From the sequence record NC_019407.1: 64,000 bases of DNA, one strand, 5' to 3'. How positions within the stretch are numbered: position 1 is the first letter of the stretch; the number at the start of each line of letters is the position of its first letter. A program made the position numbers and the translations under genes. Of the stretch, positions 60,716 to 64,000 are shown piece by piece. The notes beneath the pieces were generated by a model. The model was given only the letters and a program-made list of their open reading frames with translations. It had not been told where the DNA came from and made no database searches.

Positions 60716-61000
60716 ATGACCGCCCGTAAGCCCCTGACCAAGGAACAAAAGGCCCGCCGCCGCGCGACCCGTCGCGCCGCCCGCCTCAACTGGTCGGATG
60801 AGCGCCGCGCTCGCGAATTCGAGCGTCAAGCCCGCTTCTTCCTGATGATCGCCACCCACGCCCAAGGCGCCGGCCAAGGCCAGGAAGCCGCCCGCCTCGC
60901 CACGGTCGCGCAACGCAAGGTCACAAACTGGCGCATGGCGCAGGCCTGCGCCCGGATTAACGCCCTGGCCGCGCATCCGTTCGCGGCCGTGGTCGCCTAA
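60716..61000 (+). CDS. Arg-rich hypothetical protein
   Basis: SD AAGGA. Confidence 0.75.
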   Translation: MTARKPLTKEQKARRRATRRAARLNWSDERRAREFERQARFFLMIATHAQGAGQGQEAARLATVAQRKVTNWRMAQACARINALAAHPFAAVVA

Positions 61001-61013
61001 GGAGGCCCGCCCG

Positions 61014-61196
61014 ATGACGCACCCTCACGCCCTGGCGCTGATCGCCCTCGCTGAAAAGGTGTTGCCGCTTACCCGGCTGCACCCGCTCGACCAACGCGCC
61101 GCCGCCGTCGATCTAATCGGCGACCTCTACCGCCTCGCCGACGATATCGACGCGACCCCGCAAGCCGCCGCCCTGGCGCAACCGAAGGCCGCCTAA
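61014..61196 (+). CDS. small hypothetical protein
   Basis: SD AAGGAGG. Confidence 0.75.
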   Translation: MTHPHALALIALAEKVLPLTRLHPLDQRAAAVDLIGDLYRLADDIDATPQAAALAQPKAA

Positions 61197-61199
61197 GCC

Positions 61200-61790
61200 A
61201 TGAACCCGAACCGCTACCGCCTCGCGCCCCGCGACCGCTTCAGCCGTGAGCTTTCCGAAACGCTCTATCAGGCGGCCGAAGCCGTCGCCCGCGTGATTCC
61301 GCTCATGCCGGAGTCCGCCCCCGATGAGCGCCGCGCGCTGGGCAAGGTCCGCGCCGACCTTCTAACCCATAGCGCCGGCGCCCTTGTTCCCAAGCCGCCG
61401 GCCGCCGTGCTCGCAACCCTCATTTGGGTTGTCGAGATGGCGCAAGATCGCGCCACAAACGCCGATTTCAACACCGCCCAAGAGGGACTCGACGAACACG
61501 AGTCCCTCGCCTTTGTCGCCGACTGGCTGGAGGCCGAAGGCCTAGACGTGACGCCGATTCGCAACGCGCAACCGTCCGCCGACGCCCTGGCCGAACTCGC
61601 CGCCCGCCGCGACGCCGAACAAGCGGCGCTAGACGCCTTGGAGGCCGAAGCCCTGGCCGAAGCGCCGGGCGACGTGATCACCGACATCTTGCGCCCTTAT
61701 CTGGGCTCCATCCTGGCCGAAACCCACGCCGACGACGTGCTAGACGCCCTCACGCGCGCCGGCTTCCAAATCACCCGCAAGGAGGCCTAA
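61200..61790 (+). CDS. hypothetical helical protein
   Basis: Packed chain. Confidence 0.78.
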   Translation: MNPNRYRLAPRDRFSRELSETLYQAAEAVARVIPLMPESAPDERRALGKVRADLLTHSAGALVPKPPAAVLATLIWVVEMAQDRATNADFNTAQEGLDEHESLAFVADWLEAEGLDVTPIRNAQPSADALAELAARRDAEQAALDALEAEALAEAPGDVITDILRPYLGSILAETHADDVLDALTRAGFQITRKEA

Positions 61791-61795
61791 AGCCC

Positions 61796-62365
61796 ATGAC
61801 CGACTCCGCCAAGATCACCGGCGCGCTCGCGCTACTCGCCGTCGCGGCCGATAATCTCCGCCAAGGCCCGGCCATGTCCAAAGCCGCCGACAACGTCACC
61901 AACGTCTGTAACTACGCCCTGACGCGCGCGGCCATGCTCAAGGCCGCCGACCAAATCGGCGAGGCGCTGGAGGCGCTGGGCGCCCTGCAAGCGGGCGGCT
62001 ATGTGATCGCCCGCCGCCGCGACGTTTTCACCGATGCGGGCGAGAAGCTGGGCGACCTGTTGGCGGCGCTTTATGACGCCGTCCCGAACTACGCCGTAAG
62101 ATCGCAGCGCCTCGCCGACGCCCTGGCCCCGGCGCGAAATTACGTCTATCAGCCCCGGTTCCGGGTCAAGCTGGACGCCGCGCCCGGCGCGCTTTTGACC
62201 GACTGCGACACGGGCGCAACGGTCTATTTCCAGCCGGGCGACGACGCCGACGCCTTCCGGGCCGAATTCGCCCCGTGGGTTCACGCCGCCAACGTGACGG
62301 GCGACGGCGCGGCCCTGGCCTCGATGATGAACCCGACCGCCGAAGAGTATTTCAGCCCCGCCTAA
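61796..62365 (+). CDS. hypothetical protein
   Basis: Start moved to MTDSAK after AAGGAGG. Confidence 0.78.
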   Translation: MTDSAKITGALALLAVAADNLRQGPAMSKAADNVTNVCNYALTRAAMLKAADQIGEALEALGALQAGGYVIARRRDVFTDAGEKLGDLLAALYDAVPNYAVRSQRLADALAPARNYVYQPRFRVKLDAAPGALLTDCDTGATVYFQPGDDADAFRAEFAPWVHAANVTGDGAALASMMNPTAEEYFSPA

Positions 62366-62475
62366 GTCATCATTCCTACCGTCTATGACTTGTCACCGGC
62401 CGAAGTCTTACCCGGTGACAGTCTGGGCAAGTAAAGCTCACTCTGGATTTTATGACTTAGCGCAAAGGATTGAAA

Positions 62476-62550
62476 TTGCTCGAAAAATTCCTAGAAGCTC
62501 ACAAAGTCGTTTTCTGGCTGCTCTTGCTGGCCTGTTTGTGGCGCTTTTAA
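62476..62550 (+). CDS. candidate 24-aa hydrophobic peptide
   Basis: TTG start 6 nt after AAAGGA; MLEKFLEAHKVVFWLLLLACLWRF; atypical AT-rich codons. Confidence 0.35.
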   Translation: MLEKFLEAHKVVFWLLLLACLWRF

Positions 62551-62579
62551 CGGTTTGTTAACCCCTGGCCCTCTAGGGT
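62547..62579 (+). promoter_or_regulatory. CtrA-box promoter P6
   Basis: TTAA-N7-TTAA-N12-TAGGGT. Confidence 0.8.
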
Positions 62580-62633
62580 CGAATTCCCGGCGCGGCAATC
62601 CCGCCGCCCGGCCTTCCTTCGGAGCTTCTGATC

Positions 62634-63080
62634 ATGTTCGCTTCCGTGACCCTTCCCGCCCATGACGCCCAAGGCCTGAGCCTCGAAACCGTCCACATGG
62701 TTTTCGCCCGTGAACTGGCGCAACACTTCGAGCACGTAATTTCCGCCCCCGTGATCGAAAGCTGGACCGACGAGGAAACCGGCGCCGTGCAAGAGCAAGC
62801 CGCCGTTTGCTTCACCGTTTCGGCGACCCCGGCCGCGTGGGAAGCCAAGGGCGGCCGGCTCGCGCGCCGGCTGGAAAACCTCGCCGCGCGCTATGCCGCC
62901 GACTGCGACGCCCCGGCCCTGACTGTCACCCATTGCGACGGGCAAACGGTCTATGTCGGCGCTCTGGAAGCCCTGGCGCGCCCCGCCCCGGTGCAAGGCC
63001 CGACCCGCGCGGCGGACCCGGCTTTCCTCCCCCGCCAGCGTGAAGACAAGGCCGCCCGCTTCGATCGCCTGACCGCCTAG
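62634..63080 (+). CDS. hypothetical protein
   Basis: SD GGAG after P6. Confidence 0.78.
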   Translation: MFASVTLPAHDAQGLSLETVHMVFARELAQHFEHVISAPVIESWTDEETGAVQEQAAVCFTVSATPAAWEAKGGRLARRLENLAARYAADCDAPALTVTHCDGQTVYVGALEALARPAPVQGPTRAADPAFLPRQREDKAARFDRLTA

Positions 63081-63098
63081 CCCCTGGCCTCCCCCTAG

Positions 63099-63129
63099 CG
63101 CACCGCCCCTAGAAAGGCGGTGCGCTTTT
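63099..63129 (+). terminator. Rho-independent terminator
   Basis: GCACCGCC-N8-GGCGGTGC followed by GCTTTT. Confidence 0.78.
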
Positions 63130-63138
63130 CTGTGTCTG

Positions 63139-63171
63139 TTTACTTGTTGTTAAGGAATAGCCTGCTAGTGT
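63139..63171 (+). promoter_or_regulatory. CtrA-box promoter P7
   Basis: TTTA-N7-TTAA-N12-TAGTGT. Confidence 0.72.
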
Positions 63172-63222
63172 CTCCTTGTCGGCGGACGCATCCCGCGCCC
63201 GCCCCTTTCTGGATCGCTTCCC

Positions 63223-63615
63223 ATGGCTCGCCCCTCTGACCTGCTCAACGTCAACGCCGCCCGCGTCCTGGCTTGCCTTGAGCCTATCGCCGCCGCCGCT
63301 AAGACGGCCCCGGCCGCCGACCGCGCCGCCCTTTCCTACCTGCTCGACGCTGGCGAGTATGTCGCCGCGTGGCGCCGCAACCTCACGGAAACCGACCGCC
63401 GCAAGGCCTATGGCGCGGCCTGCGCCGCCGAAGCCCTGGCGCTCGCCAACGCCTATCAGCCCGCCACCCTGCAAGGCGGCGCCGTCCGCCGCGCTCTGGG
63501 CGCCTATGCCGCCGCCCTTAAGGTCCTGCTAGACGGGGAGCCGGTTAAGGCGGTCCGCGCCGCCGAAGGCGCGGCGCTTTCGGTCCGCGCTCGCTACGCC
63601 AACACCCGCCTTTAA
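63223..63615 (+). CDS. Ala-rich hypothetical protein
   Basis: ORF after P7; the stop codon lies in the P8 box. Confidence 0.75.
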   Translation: MARPSDLLNVNAARVLACLEPIAAAAKTAPAADRAALSYLLDAGEYVAAWRRNLTETDRRKAYGAACAAEALALANAYQPATLQGGAVRRALGAYAAALKVLLDGEPVKAVRAAEGAALSVRARYANTRL

Positions 63616-63643
63616 CCTCTTGTTAAGACCTCCCGGCTATGGT
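63612..63643 (+). promoter_or_regulatory. CtrA-box promoter P8
   Basis: TTAA-N7-TTAA-N11-TATGGT. Confidence 0.78.
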
Positions 63644-63669
63644 CGGGAGGTCGCAAGGAGACACCCGAC

Positions 63670-63864
63670 ATGACCCGCCCCGGCCCCGCCTCGCTCTTGA
63701 CCCCGCAAGCCCGTTTCTCGTCGCCGCGCGTCCTGATCCTTCCGGGCGCGGCTCCCATGCCGATTCGCCAGCCGCGCGGCCTTTGCGCCGTCGAGTGCGT
63801 CGCCCTTGGCGTGACGCTGGGCGCGGCGCTCTACCTCGCCGCCCGCGTGTTCGGTCTGGTCTGA
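63670..63864 (+). CDS. small protein with a C-terminal TM helix
   Basis: SD AAGGAG; VALGVTLGAALYLAARVFGLV. Confidence 0.7.
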   Translation: MTRPGPASLLTPQARFSSPRVLILPGAAPMPIRQPRGLCAVECVALGVTLGAALYLAARVFGLV

Positions 63865-63927
63865 CCAGACCCCCGCCCCGCCCCCGGTCGGACCGGTCGG
63901 GGGTGTGTCCCATAATGACACACCCCC
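63854..63927. repeat. cluster of perfect palindromes
   Basis: GTCTGGTC-T-GACCAGAC, CCGGTC-G-GACCGG and GGGGGTGTGTC-CCATAAT-GACACACCCCC. Confidence 0.8.
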
Positions 63928-64000
63928 CGCCACCTAGTATCTTTTTTGATTCGGAGGGACCCAAAGGCCCCCTACGTTAACCATTTTTGGCGGCGCCCCC

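Noticed and set aside
1-64000. tRNA, rRNA, integrase, transposase or structural genes
   Set aside because: None was recognised by eye; tRNAscan-SE and profile searches would be needed to exclude divergent ones.

Overview
This is 64 kb of a high-GC lytic phage genome, most likely a phiCbK-like Caulobacter siphophage. That call is an inference from a GcrA homologue, an intein-containing large terminase and repeated CtrA-type TTAA-N7-TTAA boxes. Layout: (1) 1-7476, a leftward cluster with a HAD nucleotidase, an XRE HTH regulator and a GcrA-like protein. (2) 7612-46864, about 90 mostly small rightward genes, including a PEP-utiliser His-domain protein, a DUF1937-like protein, a Tat-signal protein, a metallophosphatase and an HNH nuclease. 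These and part of the left cluster are punctuated by 12 fixed-geometry promoter cassettes, TTGACA-N17/18-TA(G/T)AA(G/C)-N6/7-GACGACAAC. (3) 46877-48830, a structured leader, a winged-helix gene and an origin-like AT-rich/repeat island. (4) 49776-54833, RuvC-like resolvase, terS and terL, the last with a Pro1/Cys-F4 intein in its Walker A motif. (5) 54840-64000, a probable terminal-repeat region. It opens with a 7x24-bp array, a 3x38-bp repeat and a TTAA cluster, followed by 8 cassettes of CtrA box, TAGGGT -10 and small genes. Six of the 8 transcripts start with a covarying hairpin whose loop is CAAUCCCG. The main candidate system is a two-tier phage expression programme gated by the host cell cycle, each tier with its own conserved 5-prime-end element. 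No tRNA, rRNA, CRISPR array or integrase was recognised. All calls are by eye and no database searches were run.
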